Notes: generated from the sequence alone by a model not told the origin. A DNA stretch of 22,996 nt from Promethearchaeota archaeon (GCA_048938445.1 JBHLME010000070.1:1-22996), one strand, 5' to 3'. Counted from the first letter of the stretch, positions 8,104 through 18,148 are shown. A program made the numbers and translations.

Positions 8104-10452
8104 ATGAGTGATAATTCTCTATCAATCCTGTTAACGGAAAGATTTGGATTAGATCTTTATCAAAAAGCATGTAATTATCCCAATAACAAAATATCGATTA
8201 TCTCATTAGCAGAAAATCCAATAAAAATACGTGCGCTTATATTAGATAATGAAAGAGAATTTCATATAATAATTAATCAAAAAAAAGCTGAAATTTATCA
8301 TGATTGTCCTTCATTTTTAATTCATAGTAAAAAAAAAGATAAAATATGCGTGCATGTAATTAAACTATTATTAATGGTAAAGGATTCCCTATCTATGACT
8401 ATTCTGAATGATTTTGAAGATTATAAATTCACTTCAGAGGATTTTGGATCAAAAAAAAAAAGTAAAAATTATTTGAAACTTGCTAATAGATGTTTTGATA
8501 CTGCTAATTCTATTGAGGGTTTAAGTTATTTAAATAAAGCCATGATCAACCAGAGTAAATGTAATTTAATTATAGCTAAATATTTAGATTTAGCCATTAG
8601 TAATAACTTATACATAGAATTTTTTGAATTTTTAAAACAAGGATATGAAAAGGATTTAAAGGAATATTTTTTTGAATATGAAGACAAAATCGAACAAGGA
8701 TTTATAAAATTCTTAGATAGTATCTCAATTTATTCGTTCTTTAACCTCCTTATAATAATAAATTCGATAGATTTTATTTTCCAGTTTAAAGACATGGCTT
8801 TTTTATCCCATCTAATCGAAAAATTTAATTTTTTGGTTAATTCTTCAGATTTTAATCAAAGATATTTTTCTATTTACTTTATAGAAAAACAAAAGGAAGA
8901 TCTTGAAAAAATAAATCGTGATTTTAAAGAAATAATTTCCAAGAAACAGCTTGAATTATTAAAAAATGAATCAATACAGTATTTTATGAGTGAAATAGAT
9001 AATTTTTGCATAATTGATAAATTAAAGTTAATGAAAAAGCAATTTAAAGAAATAAGTATTCCAAAAGAGAATTATCTCGAGAAATATAAACTATATAAAT
9101 ATGAAATAAGAGAATTAGAAAAAAAAGTCTATTTAAAAAAATTTGCTTATCTCTTATTACTAATGGAAAAGTACAACGTAATTAAGGATAAGGGCGATTT
9201 TATAAAGAAACGAAATACCTATATTGTCAATCATAATATTGAAAATATGCAAAATCCCGTTTATAATTATATTATTGAGAGAATAGGTTTTTATGGACCA
9301 AAAGATCAAAATATTAAGTCTTCAGATATTGGACTCAATTTTTTTTTAATGACTAAATTATTTCTAGATGATTTTAATGCTTTTCCAGATGTTCTCTACT
9401 ATAAAAACCAATATTGGGGCGAAAATGAAACCCATGAGATAGATACTATAAAAGGATACTCTTTGTTAAGTAAAAAAATAGATTATAGTTATGATATCTA
9501 TAATAAATACTCAAACATTAATGATGTTAACATTGTTGAATGGGATTTAGCAAGCAGACCATTACAAGGAAGTCTTGTGAATGCCTATGGATCACAAATA
9601 ATTATCCCTGATCAAAACAATCCTTTATTCCATGATTTAAAACCATTTGATCTATGTTATTGTGTTAAAAATCCTACAAAGATAGAAGGTAACCTAATTA
9701 AAAAGATCAATATTATTACAAAATGTTCCTTTAAAGATGCAATTATAAGCGTGTCGAAAGGAATGGAATATATTGAAGGTTTTTATCCATTATCACTAGT
9801 AAGATCTGTTTTAAACAAGGATATAAATCCATTTGAAGCTCATGAATATGTTATAAATAATCCTAAACAATTATTTATACCAAATTATAGCCAATTCATC
9901 AAGGAATTTAAAAAATTCCTATTTCAATTCATTAAAAGGGAGAAAAACTACATTTTTGGAGAATTTAAAAAAGAATCCATGAAAAAGGTAAATCAAATAA
10001 TATTTTTATTGGATTTGAAATACGAACTAGATGGAATGGTTTTACCATATTCTAAAATAATGGATAAATTATTTGAGCAAGATATTGAATTTGGTAAATT
10101 TAAGAAAAAATTTTTGGAAGAAACTCATATATACATACAAAATCTTCTTGAGAAAGCAGAAAATGGAAGTACTATCGTTTTTAACTTAAAAAAGATGCAA
10201 TTTACTCAATTTTCAAAATATTCTCTCAAGATTATAGGTCTTAGAAAAGAAGAATTTGAGTCTAAAAAAATATTAAAAAATCCAGAAAATTACGATATCT
10301 CTGAATTGTATCAAACATATTATGGTAAAAAATTTACTCGAATTTTAAATTTGGAAGAAAAAAAAATTGTGAGACCTGATATATTCAATAAAATTAAGGA
10401 TTTTTCAAAAAAATTAAAATTAAGATTAAATATAATTAACTCTAATTCTTAA
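8104..10452 (+). CDS. Large hypothetical protein with N-terminal SWIM-type zinc finger
   Basis: HDCPSF...KICVH (HxC-x15-CxH). 782-codon ORF starting 4 nt after the VWA stop. The remainder is unrecognised. Confidence 0.75.
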   Translation: MSDNSLSILLTERFGLDLYQKACNYPNNKISIISLAENPIKIRALILDNEREFHIIINQKKAEIYHDCPSFLIHSKKKDKICVHVIKLLLMVKDSLSMTILNDFEDYKFTSEDFGSKKKSKNYLKLANRCFDTANSIEGLSYLNKAMINQSKCNLIIAKYLDLAISNNLYIEFFEFLKQGYEKDLKEYFFEYEDKIEQGFIKFLDSISIYSFFNLLIIINSIDFIFQFKDMAFLSHLIEKFNFLVNSSDFNQRYFSIYFIEKQKEDLEKINRDFKEIISKKQLELLKNESIQYFMSEIDNFCIIDKLKLMKKQFKEISIPKENYLEKYKLYKYEIRELEKKVYLKKFAYLLLLMEKYNVIKDKGDFIKKRNTYIVNHNIENMQNPVYNYIIERIGFYGPKDQNIKSSDIGLNFFLMTKLFLDDFNAFPDVLYYKNQYWGENETHEIDTIKGYSLLSKKIDYSYDIYNKYSNINDVNIVEWDLASRPLQGSLVNAYGSQIIIPDQNNPLFHDLKPFDLCYCVKNPTKIEGNLIKKINIITKCSFKDAIISVSKGMEYIEGFYPLSLVRSVLNKDINPFEAHEYVINNPKQLFIPNYSQFIKEFKKFLFQFIKREKNYIFGEFKKESMKKVNQIIFLLDLKYELDGMVLPYSKIMDKLFEQDIEFGKFKKKFLEETHIYIQNLLEKAENGSTIVFNLKKMQFTQFSKYSLKIIGLRKEEFESKKILKNPENYDISELYQTYYGKKFTRILNLEEKKIVRPDIFNKIKDFSKKLKLRLNIINSNS

Positions 10453-10481
10453 AATTACGTTCTATCTATAGATTCACTATT

Positions 10482-11633
10482 TTAATGCTTTTTTTGGTAA
10501 TTTTCAAAGACTTTAGATATAAATTTCGAATAAATCTCTATAGCTTTTAAATAGTCCTCAACTTCGATAAATTCTTCATCTGTATGCTCTAATTTAGGAT
10601 TACCTGGACCATAAGTAATAGAAGGTATTTTATATTGAATTCCAATTTGATTGATAAAAGTAGTACCTGTTTTTTTAATTAATACAGGTTTTTGTTTTAT
10701 TGTATTATATATTGCCCATCGCAATGCTCCAACTATTAATTCATTTCCTTTTATTTCAAATCCTTCAATTTGACTTAATATTTCCTCTTGTATCATAAAT
10801 TCCTTATTTTGATTGCTTTTATGAGAATGCTTGAATAAATTAATACTATCATTCAAATTTGATAAAATTTCATTAGAGGTTATATCTGGGGGAAATCTTA
10901 TATCTATTTTAATATTACATTCTGAAGGGACGACATTTGTTAACAAACCTCCTGAAATCACAGAAAGAGTAGGAATTATCATTTGGAAATATTTCTTTTG
11001 TTCATTAGAAAAACGAATATGTTTTTCATTAAGAATATTACAAGTCTTTTTTACAATATTCCATATTTCTAAAGCTATTTCAATCGCATTATCAAATTGC
11101 CATGAACATGCAACATGTCCAGCTTTAGTAGTAATTTTAAGACTTAAGCATAATCTTCCCTTATATCCAATGCAAATCTGGTTAAGGTCTGTAGGTTCAC
11201 CAAAAATAGCATAATCAGGATTAATATCGTATTTTAAAAATTCTTCAATACCAATTAAACTGTCTTCCTCTTGAACTATTCCACCAAAAATGATTTTACC
11301 CTTATTTTTTCCTTCGAATTCATAATTTGTTATAGAGTATACCATTGCTGCTAAAGATGCTTTACAATCAACAGCACCTCTTCCATAAATTTTCCCTTCT
11401 TTTTCTATGACTGGAAGTAATCCAGGGATCGTATCTATATGAGATGATAGTAATAATACCGGTTTGCCCGTTCCCTTTTTTGCAATTAAATTACCCACTT
11501 TATCAATTTCTACATTGAATCCAAATTTTTCTAAGAATTTTGCTAAAAATTCTGAATATTCTCGTTCTTGACCTGATGGACTATAATATTCAATACATTT
11601 TTTTAGAAAAGCTTTTGCATCTTCATTTACCAT
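10482..11633 (-). CDS. lysK: [LysW]-lysine/[LysW]-ornithine hydrolase (M20 family)
   Basis: SPSGQE, SHIDTIPG, YGRGAVDCK, QEE, GEPT, GYKG, and YGPG..LEHTDEE. Start overlaps the lysZ stop by 11 nt. Confidence 0.85.
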   Translation of the reverse strand: MVNEDAKAFLKKCIEYYSPSGQEREYSEFLAKFLEKFGFNVEIDKVGNLIAKKGTGKPVLLLSSHIDTIPGLLPVIEKEGKIYGRGAVDCKASLAAMVYSITNYEFEGKNKGKIIFGGIVQEEDSLIGIEEFLKYDINPDYAIFGEPTDLNQICIGYKGRLCLSLKITTKAGHVACSWQFDNAIEIALEIWNIVKKTCNILNEKHIRFSNEQKKYFQMIIPTLSVISGGLLTNVVPSECNIKIDIRFPPDITSNEILSNLNDSINLFKHSHKSNQNKEFMIQEEILSQIEGFEIKGNELIVGALRWAIYNTIKQKPVLIKKTGTTFINQIGIQYKIPSITYGPGNPKLEHTDEEFIEVEDYLKAIEIYSKFISKVFENYQKKH

Positions 11634-12450
11634 GTATTAGAGTTCCTCCATTATTTTCCAAAGCATTGAATATGGGATTTTCTATTAAACCAGAACATAT
11701 GATTACTTTCTTTACTCCCATTTTTAGAGCTTTTGAGGCAGCATGTGCTTTTTTTTGCATTCCACCTTCTAATTTTTCAACTAAATCTTCTAATTCATCT
11801 ATGTTGATTGATTTGATTAAAGAATTTTTATCATTAAAATCTCTATAAATGCCTTCTACATCAGTTAAGCTAATTAAGAGGTCGGCATTTATTGCTCTTG
11901 CAATATGGCTGGCAGCCCTATCACCATCTACATTCACGATATCTCCTTCTTTACTTTTTGCAAGCGATCCTATTACTGGAACATATTTATTCTTTAGTAA
12001 AAATTCTATAATGGGTGTTGAGATCGTTTCTATTTTTCCTGAAAATTCCCCTCTCTTAATGATTCTCTTACCGTTGATTAATACCATTATTTTATCTTTT
12101 CTGATAGCTTCAATAACACCCCCATCAACTCCAGAAAATCCAAATGCATTCACTCCTTGCTTTTGTAGTGCTTCAACAATGCGTTTGTTATTTAATCCCC
12201 CTAACGCCATGATTGCAGCTTCAATTGCTTCTTGATCTGTATATCTTGTAAAAAAACCTGAAGGTGTTTTAAAATGTTTTGGTTCTTTATTCATTTTTCT
12301 GAGTGTTTCGTTAATTTGAGGTCCTCCACCATGAACGATTATAAGAGTATACTTATCTCCAAATTTAGAATTAATCTGTCCAATATCATTTATGACATTA
12401 ATAAAATTTTCAGCAATTAATGCTCCACCAATTTTAATGACAACTATCAT
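11623..12450 (-). CDS. lysZ: [LysW]-aminoadipate/[LysW]-glutamate kinase (ArgB-like)
   Basis: VIKIGG, IVHGGG, PSGFFTRYTD, NVDGDRAA and GGMQKK; flanked by lysX and lysK homologues. Confidence 0.9.
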   Translation of the reverse strand: MIVVIKIGGALIAENFINVINDIGQINSKFGDKYTLIIVHGGGPQINETLRKMNKEPKHFKTPSGFFTRYTDQEAIEAAIMALGGLNNKRIVEALQKQGVNAFGFSGVDGGVIEAIRKDKIMVLINGKRIIKRGEFSGKIETISTPIIEFLLKNKYVPVIGSLAKSKEGDIVNVDGDRAASHIARAINADLLISLTDVEGIYRDFNDKNSLIKSINIDELEDLVEKLEGGMQKKAHAASKALKMGVKKVIICSGLIENPIFNALENNGGTLIHGK

Positions 12451-12481
12451 GTTTTATATCTATCCCCTTGTAATCTGATCA

Positions 12482-13360
12482 TTATTTATACTGATTTTCG
12501 ATGTAATTTACAATTTCACCTGCAATATTTAAACCTGTCGCTGTTTGAATTCCTTGAAATTGAGGTGTTCCATTTACCTCTATAACCTGCATTTCACCTT
12601 CATTTTCCATCAAATCAACTCCAACAATCTCCCCATTTACAGCTTTTGTGGCAGCTAGACTCAATTTTTTTATATTTGAGGTTAATTCAATCGATTTAGC
12701 TGTCCCCCCTAATGCGATATTACTTCTAAAATCTTTTTCAGGATTAAATCTCCCCATTGCTGCCACGCATTCATCTCCGACTACAAAAACTCTTATATCC
12801 GTTGGTTTATCTTCTTTAGATTTTTGCATCGGTATATATTTTTGAATATAATATATTTTCTGTAAAATATTGCCCATCGTTTCACGACATTCAAGATTCG
12901 ATGCGGCACTATTATAATCGTCAACCTTAGCTATTAATCTACCCCAAGAACCAATAATGGGTTTTATTATAGCAGGATATTGAATCTCTCTTTCAATAGC
13001 GTCAAATGCGGACTCATTTTTAAATGCTATACAAGTTTTAGGGGTTGGAATGTCGTTCTTTATTAACTTAAGCGTAGTTAATAGCTTATTTCCACAAATA
13101 TTTAAACACTCATAATTATTAATTACCTTATAATCCTTTTGTTCCAATATTGCACATGAGTATAAACCTCTTAAAAAGCTCAATGATCTTTCTAAAATGA
13201 TATCAAAACTGCCACTTATATCAAAATCTTTTTCTTTTGATAATTTAAAGTAAATTTTTTGATTATTCAATAACTCATACTTAATATTTCTTTTTTCAAA
13301 CTCGGAAATTAACTGTTTAATCTCCCAAGTAGTTCTATTTAAAATTATTCCAATTAACAC
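12482..13360 (-). CDS. lysX: RimK-family ATP-grasp LysW ligase (LysX/ArgX; signature ArgX-like)
   Basis: GTG start with upstream GAGGT; GNKLLT..L, KPIIGSWGRL, YIQKYI, DIRVFVVG and EVNGTP. Confidence 0.85.
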   Translation of the reverse strand: MLIGIILNRTTWEIKQLISEFEKRNIKYELLNNQKIYFKLSKEKDFDISGSFDIILERSLSFLRGLYSCAILEQKDYKVINNYECLNICGNKLLTTLKLIKNDIPTPKTCIAFKNESAFDAIEREIQYPAIIKPIIGSWGRLIAKVDDYNSAASNLECRETMGNILQKIYYIQKYIPMQKSKEDKPTDIRVFVVGDECVAAMGRFNPEKDFRSNIALGGTAKSIELTSNIKKLSLAATKAVNGEIVGVDLMENEGEMQVIEVNGTPQFQGIQTATGLNIAGEIVNYIENQYK

Positions 13361-13464
13361 TCAATTTACCTCTGATCATTAGGATAATTTTTTTAGTAAT
13401 TGTTTAAATTTAAGAATTTTTTTATATCACATTGAATACAACATAATTGGAAAAATTAGAAAAA

Positions 13465-14736
13465 ATGTCGGAAAAACATCCAAGCAAAGACATAATGGAA
13501 AGTAAAGGAACGATTTTACGGGGAAAAACCATTTGTTTATGCTTGACTGGTTCAGTTGCAGTAATTTCAGCCCCAATTATCGCTCGAGAACTAATGAGAT
13601 TAGGAGCAGAAGTTATTTGCGTTATGAGCAAAGCGGCTACCGAATTAGTTTCACCTGCATTAATGCATTGGGCTACAGGTAATCCAACAATTACACACTT
13701 ATCTGGTGCAGTTGAACATATTTATTTAGCTGGAGATCGCCCTCGAGGTACGGGAAAAGCAGATTTAGTATTGGTATGTCCAGCTTCAGCTAATACGATT
13801 AGTAAAATTGCGATGGGAATTGATGATACTCCAGTCACAACGGTAGTAACTACAGCATTTGGTTCAGTAACTCCAATCATTATTGTTCCAGCAATGCATG
13901 AAAGCATGTACAGACATCCTATTTTGGAAGAAAATGTTAAAAAGCTAAGAAAATGTGGAGTTGATATATTAGGTCCTAGAATTTCAGAAGGTAAAGCTAA
14001 AATCGCAAAAATTGATGATATTACAGACCGTGTAATTGATCTTTTAGTTTCAAAGAAAGACATGGAAGGAAAGAAGATATTAGTGACAGCGGGGCCAACT
14101 AGAGAATATATAGATGAAATCCGATTTGTATCTAATAATTCTTCTGGTCGAATGGGAATTGAGATTGCAAAAGAAGCTGCTGCTAGAGGTGCTGAAGTTT
14201 TAGTGATAAAAGGTAAATTAATGGTTAAAACACCTGATTATTTAAACTGTATTAACGTCGTTTCTACAAATGATTTTATCAGAACAGTAAATAAAGAATT
14301 AACCGAAAAGGATTATGACATTTTCATTTGTGCTGCTGCTATAAGCGATTATTCACCAAAAGATTGCGTTGAAGGAAAAATATCCTCAGATGATGTAAAA
14401 GAATTGAAAATAACTATGGGTTTAACGCCTAAAATTATTGATCAAGCAAGGCAAGTAAACGATAAAGTTTTTATTGTTGCATTTAAAGCAGAGACAAATG
14501 TTTCTAAAACAGAATTAATAGATCGTGCTTATGATAGACTTAAAAGATCAAAAGCCGATTTGATTGTAGCAAATGATGTAGGGAGAGAAGAGATTGGATT
14601 TGAAAGTAAAGATAATGAGGTCTTTATAGTCGACAAAAAAAAAAGGATTACTCATATAGAAAGACATTCCAAAAGGTATGTTGCTTCAAAAATAATAGAT
14701 GCTGTTTTAGAAAATTTTAGGATTAAAGATATGTGA
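13465..14736 (+). CDS. coaBC: Bifunctional phosphopantothenoylcysteine decarboxylase/synthetase
   Basis: LTGSVA, PASANTISK, PAMHESM, VTAGPTRE.ID.IRF.SN.SSG.MG, AAAISDY, AFKAET and IVANDV. ATG 13465 (MSEKHPSKDI) is preferred over TTG 13447. Confidence 0.95.
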   Translation: MSEKHPSKDIMESKGTILRGKTICLCLTGSVAVISAPIIARELMRLGAEVICVMSKAATELVSPALMHWATGNPTITHLSGAVEHIYLAGDRPRGTGKADLVLVCPASANTISKIAMGIDDTPVTTVVTTAFGSVTPIIIVPAMHESMYRHPILEENVKKLRKCGVDILGPRISEGKAKIAKIDDITDRVIDLLVSKKDMEGKKILVTAGPTREYIDEIRFVSNNSSGRMGIEIAKEAAARGAEVLVIKGKLMVKTPDYLNCINVVSTNDFIRTVNKELTEKDYDIFICAAAISDYSPKDCVEGKISSDDVKELKITMGLTPKIIDQARQVNDKVFIVAFKAETNVSKTELIDRAYDRLKRSKADLIVANDVGREEIGFESKDNEVFIVDKKKRITHIERHSKRYVASKIIDAVLENFRIKDM

Positions 14737-14904
14737 ATTATTTTTGATATTCCCTTTATTTTATGTTGCTTTTTACATTTTAGCTTCATTTTTTTCATGT
14801 AAAGAAAAAATTTAAATAACCTTTCAATTTTTTTAAGAAATGAAGGAATAAGAAAAGTTCATTAAAAAAATGGAAAATAAGAGCTAATATTAATAGTAAA
14901 TATT

Positions 14905-17900
14905 GTGTATTTATACATTGATATTATATCATTAAATAACAAAAATAAAACTGTTAATATAACAAAAAAAATAAAAAAATCATATTGGAGAGCGCTAAAA
15001 ATTACATCTGAAGAAGAGGGAAATATTAAGCAAGGGACTATCGCGGGATTCATGAGAAAACGCACCCAGTTAGTTGGATTTGAAATGGGTTATTGGAAAC
15101 ACGTGCAGTATTGTGCTGAATTTATTGATAATGCACTCGATGCTATAGAAGCCTTTCAATGGAAAGAATTAGAAAAAGAAGATTCAAAAATAACCTTTAC
15201 TTTAGATCGTGATCTGGAAATTCAAAATTTATCATTAATTAATAATAAAACTAAAATTGAGGAATTAAAAACCTCAGAAGATGAGTCTGGAGAAATTATA
15301 GATAAAGATCAAATTGAAGTAGAAGCAGAAGTTCAAAGAATAATCGATGACATGGAAGAAATTCTCCAACCACTAGGAAATCTTATTGATGTTGAACCTA
15401 TTGTCATTATTAGAATGAGAGAAACTGAAGCACCCAGTTTTTTAACTTCGGAATTAGGAAAAAAGAATGTAATGAATTTTACATTTGAAATATTCGATAA
15501 TGGCACAGGTATGGCCAAAGTAGATTTAAGAAAATTTGGAAAATATCTTGCTTCTTCTAAGTCCGTAGAATTAAAACAAACGAGAGGAAGTCAAGGTTTT
15601 GGATCACCTAGTGCATTTAGTGATGCCCAAAACACGACTGGGAGACCAATTGTAGCAGTTTCTAAGTCAGCAGATAGTATCTATGCAATAGCTTCAGAAT
15701 TTTTTACAACAAGTAAAAACGAAAAAAAATATTTGGTACATCCATCTGAAGTTGATTCTCAGTTTTTACATGGAACATATATCAAATTAAATTATTTAAA
15801 TGTAAAATATGTTAGAGGATATGTTGAGACTTACATAAAAGAAACTGCTTTTTTAAATCCTCATGTTACTATCGTTTTTATTGATCCATTTGGAGAAGAG
15901 TGGATTTATCCAAGATTAGTTTCTTCTTTTCCGTCTGAACCCAAATATGCAAAACCTCATCCATCTTCAACTAATATAGGAGATCTACAAGATCTTTTAA
16001 CTAAATCAGATAATTTAACCATTTCTGCTTTTTTACAAGATAATTTTGTTAGAGTCAGTTCAAAAATAGCAAAAAAAGTTATTAAATTAGCCACAAAAGA
16101 TTTACAGGATAAACTTAATTTATTAATACTCAAGAATGGTTATATCACGAAAATTGAGAAAAAAATAGATCCGATTTATTATATGCGTGATGAACATAGG
16201 GTCTTTGGAAAATCAACAAAGCCTAGAGATAAATTAATTATTTATGAGGTCCAATCTGAGGAATTAAAGGAAAAATATTGGAATATAATAACAAAATATA
16301 ACCAACAAAATAAAGAGCAAGATAAAATTAATAAAAATATAAAAAATAACAATGAACGCATAGATAAAACCGAAAAAAAGAAAGATATTGCCGAAATTGA
16401 GAAAGAAAATAGAGAATTATTAAAAAAAATGGCATTAGTAAGAAAAGAAAAGGAGAAAATTAAAGAAACATTAGATGAATTGATTCAAAAGAATTTAGAT
16501 GGAATGGTTGAGACAAAAAAGTTAAAAAATAGAACTGATTATGAAGAGTTGGTTCAGAATGTTCAACTTTCTAAAGTTAAACCCGTAAATCTAAATAATG
16601 ATCAATTTAATTCCCTTTTTCTAGCATTTAAGTCAATAAAATATATGGCTCCACCAACAGATACTGCGATTCCTGTAGGCGCTTCAGTTTTGGAGAATTC
16701 TCTAACAAAAGAATTAAGATTAAAACTTTCTGAGAATCCTGAAGATTTTGATAATCCATTAGAAAAAATAACTCAAACTTCAGCTTATTTAAAAAAAAAA
16801 AAAACAGACTTCATAATTCAAGATGATTCCTATGTAGATGAAGGGTTGCTTGAATATATTTTACCATATCCTAAAGAAATCGAAGATTTTAATTCACAAA
16901 TTTTATCTAAATTTGATTTATATGAAGATTCTCTAGAATCAAAGATATATTCAAAGAAATTGCTTACTTATTCCCCTGAAGAACCTATTGATGATTATAG
17001 TATAGTATTAGATCATTTTTTAGAAAATTTTTCAAGAGATGATGATTTTATTGCTGCAGAAACAAGAGATCCTACAAGCGGAAAAGGTTTAGCTTATGTT
17101 GTTGAGGCCGTAATGGCATACTCAAACAAATTGGAAGTCCCTAAGCGATCTAGGGATGTTTTATCTAGATTTGTTAACCGAACTCCAAAATTAAGGGATA
17201 GTGCCGATTGTGCTATTACTAAAGCGGTTCAGTCCGTAAATTGGAAAAATTATAAATTAGATGTATATGATAATAATTTACCAAAAGGTCCAATTAAACT
17301 TTTAGTAAACGTTTCAGGACCTTTTGTACATTTAATGTTTAAATCCCAATCCAAAAATGCTCTAGCTGATGATGAAAATCTTGAAAAAGAGATTAAATTT
17401 TGTTTAGAAGCAATAGGAAGAAAACTACGTATTTATTTAAATAGAAAAGCATCTTATCATCAAACTCAAAAGAGAGCAAACTTAATTGAGGGATATGTTC
17501 CAGTTTTTGTTAAAAGCTTGTATACTATAGCCTCTGCAGGGGGCAAATATAAAGAAAAAGTTACACAAGAGGAATTGGAAAATCTTATTAAGAACGCTAT
17601 TGGTAAAAAAGCTCCTCCAGCCATTAAACCACAAATCCAGCCAATTAAAAAAGAGCCCGTCTTAAAGGAAAAAAAATCTGAAGAAAAAATAGAAGTTATA
17701 GATCAAATAATACCTCCTCCTGAAATAACTTCAGTAAAAATTGAAGAAAAATCAGCACCTAAACTCAAGGTAAAAGAAACCCCAAAACCTCTCCCTCCTG
17801 GGACTATAAAACAGAAAAGAGAAATGGTTAAAGCTTCAAAAGAAGGTGCAGTTAAGAAACCCGCACCAAAAGTTAAACCCATAGAACCTAAACCTGTAGT

Positions 17901-18123
17901 TCCTCCAAAATCTGTTCAAACCAAATTACCTAATATGTCTACTGAAAATATTTTAAATTCGCTCTCTCATGAATGGCAGAACATAAAAAGTCTCATATTC
18001 AAGATGAAAATAAAAGATATGTATGATGCTAGATACTTACAATTAAAATTAAAGGAAATGGTAAAAGCTAAACAAATAATTATGGATGTTAAAATGGGAA
18101 AGAAACATTGGAAATTACCTTAA
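14905..18123 (+). CDS. top6B: DNA topoisomerase VI subunit B, enlarged by insertions and a C-terminal extension (true start uncertain, possibly near 15001)
   Basis: GHKL motifs EFIDNALDA, DNGTGM, QTRGSQGFG and HGT; NPH; KPHP; RFVNRTP; WKNY; FKSQSK switch lysine. Directly upstream of top6A. Confidence 0.93.
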   Translation: MYLYIDIISLNNKNKTVNITKKIKKSYWRALKITSEEEGNIKQGTIAGFMRKRTQLVGFEMGYWKHVQYCAEFIDNALDAIEAFQWKELEKEDSKITFTLDRDLEIQNLSLINNKTKIEELKTSEDESGEIIDKDQIEVEAEVQRIIDDMEEILQPLGNLIDVEPIVIIRMRETEAPSFLTSELGKKNVMNFTFEIFDNGTGMAKVDLRKFGKYLASSKSVELKQTRGSQGFGSPSAFSDAQNTTGRPIVAVSKSADSIYAIASEFFTTSKNEKKYLVHPSEVDSQFLHGTYIKLNYLNVKYVRGYVETYIKETAFLNPHVTIVFIDPFGEEWIYPRLVSSFPSEPKYAKPHPSSTNIGDLQDLLTKSDNLTISAFLQDNFVRVSSKIAKKVIKLATKDLQDKLNLLILKNGYITKIEKKIDPIYYMRDEHRVFGKSTKPRDKLIIYEVQSEELKEKYWNIITKYNQQNKEQDKINKNIKNNNERIDKTEKKKDIAEIEKENRELLKKMALVRKEKEKIKETLDELIQKNLDGMVETKKLKNRTDYEELVQNVQLSKVKPVNLNNDQFNSLFLAFKSIKYMAPPTDTAIPVGASVLENSLTKELRLKLSENPEDFDNPLEKITQTSAYLKKKKTDFIIQDDSYVDEGLLEYILPYPKEIEDFNSQILSKFDLYEDSLESKIYSKKLLTYSPEEPIDDYSIVLDHFLENFSRDDDFIAAETRDPTSGKGLAYVVEAVMAYSNKLEVPKRSRDVLSRFVNRTPKLRDSADCAITKAVQSVNWKNYKLDVYDNNLPKGPIKLLVNVSGPFVHLMFKSQSKNALADDENLEKEIKFCLEAIGRKLRIYLNRKASYHQTQKRANLIEGYVPVFVKSLYTIASAGGKYKEKVTQEELENLIKNAIGKKAPPAIKPQIQPIKKEPVLKEKKSEEKIEVIDQIIPPPEITSVKIEEKSAPKLKVKETPKPLPPGTIKQKREMVKASKEGAVKKPAPKVKPIEPKPVVPPKSVQTKLPNMSTENILNSLSHEWQNIKSLIFKMKIKDMYDARYLQLKLKEMVKAKQIIMDVKMGKKHWKLP

Positions 18124-18148
18124 GTAAACTCAATATTGATGAATTAAA

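Noticed and set aside
10831-15518. ORFs 10831-11214, 11540-11848, 11849-12235, 12648-12845, 13422-13631, 13722-14063, 14862-15065 and 15333-15518
   Set aside because: Antisense to lysK, lysZ, lysX, coaBC or top6B.
15154-17040. Inteins as the explanation for the Top6B insertions
   Set aside because: No N-terminal Cys/Ser block, no terminal His-Asn before Cys/Ser/Thr, and no LAGLIDADG motifs seen.
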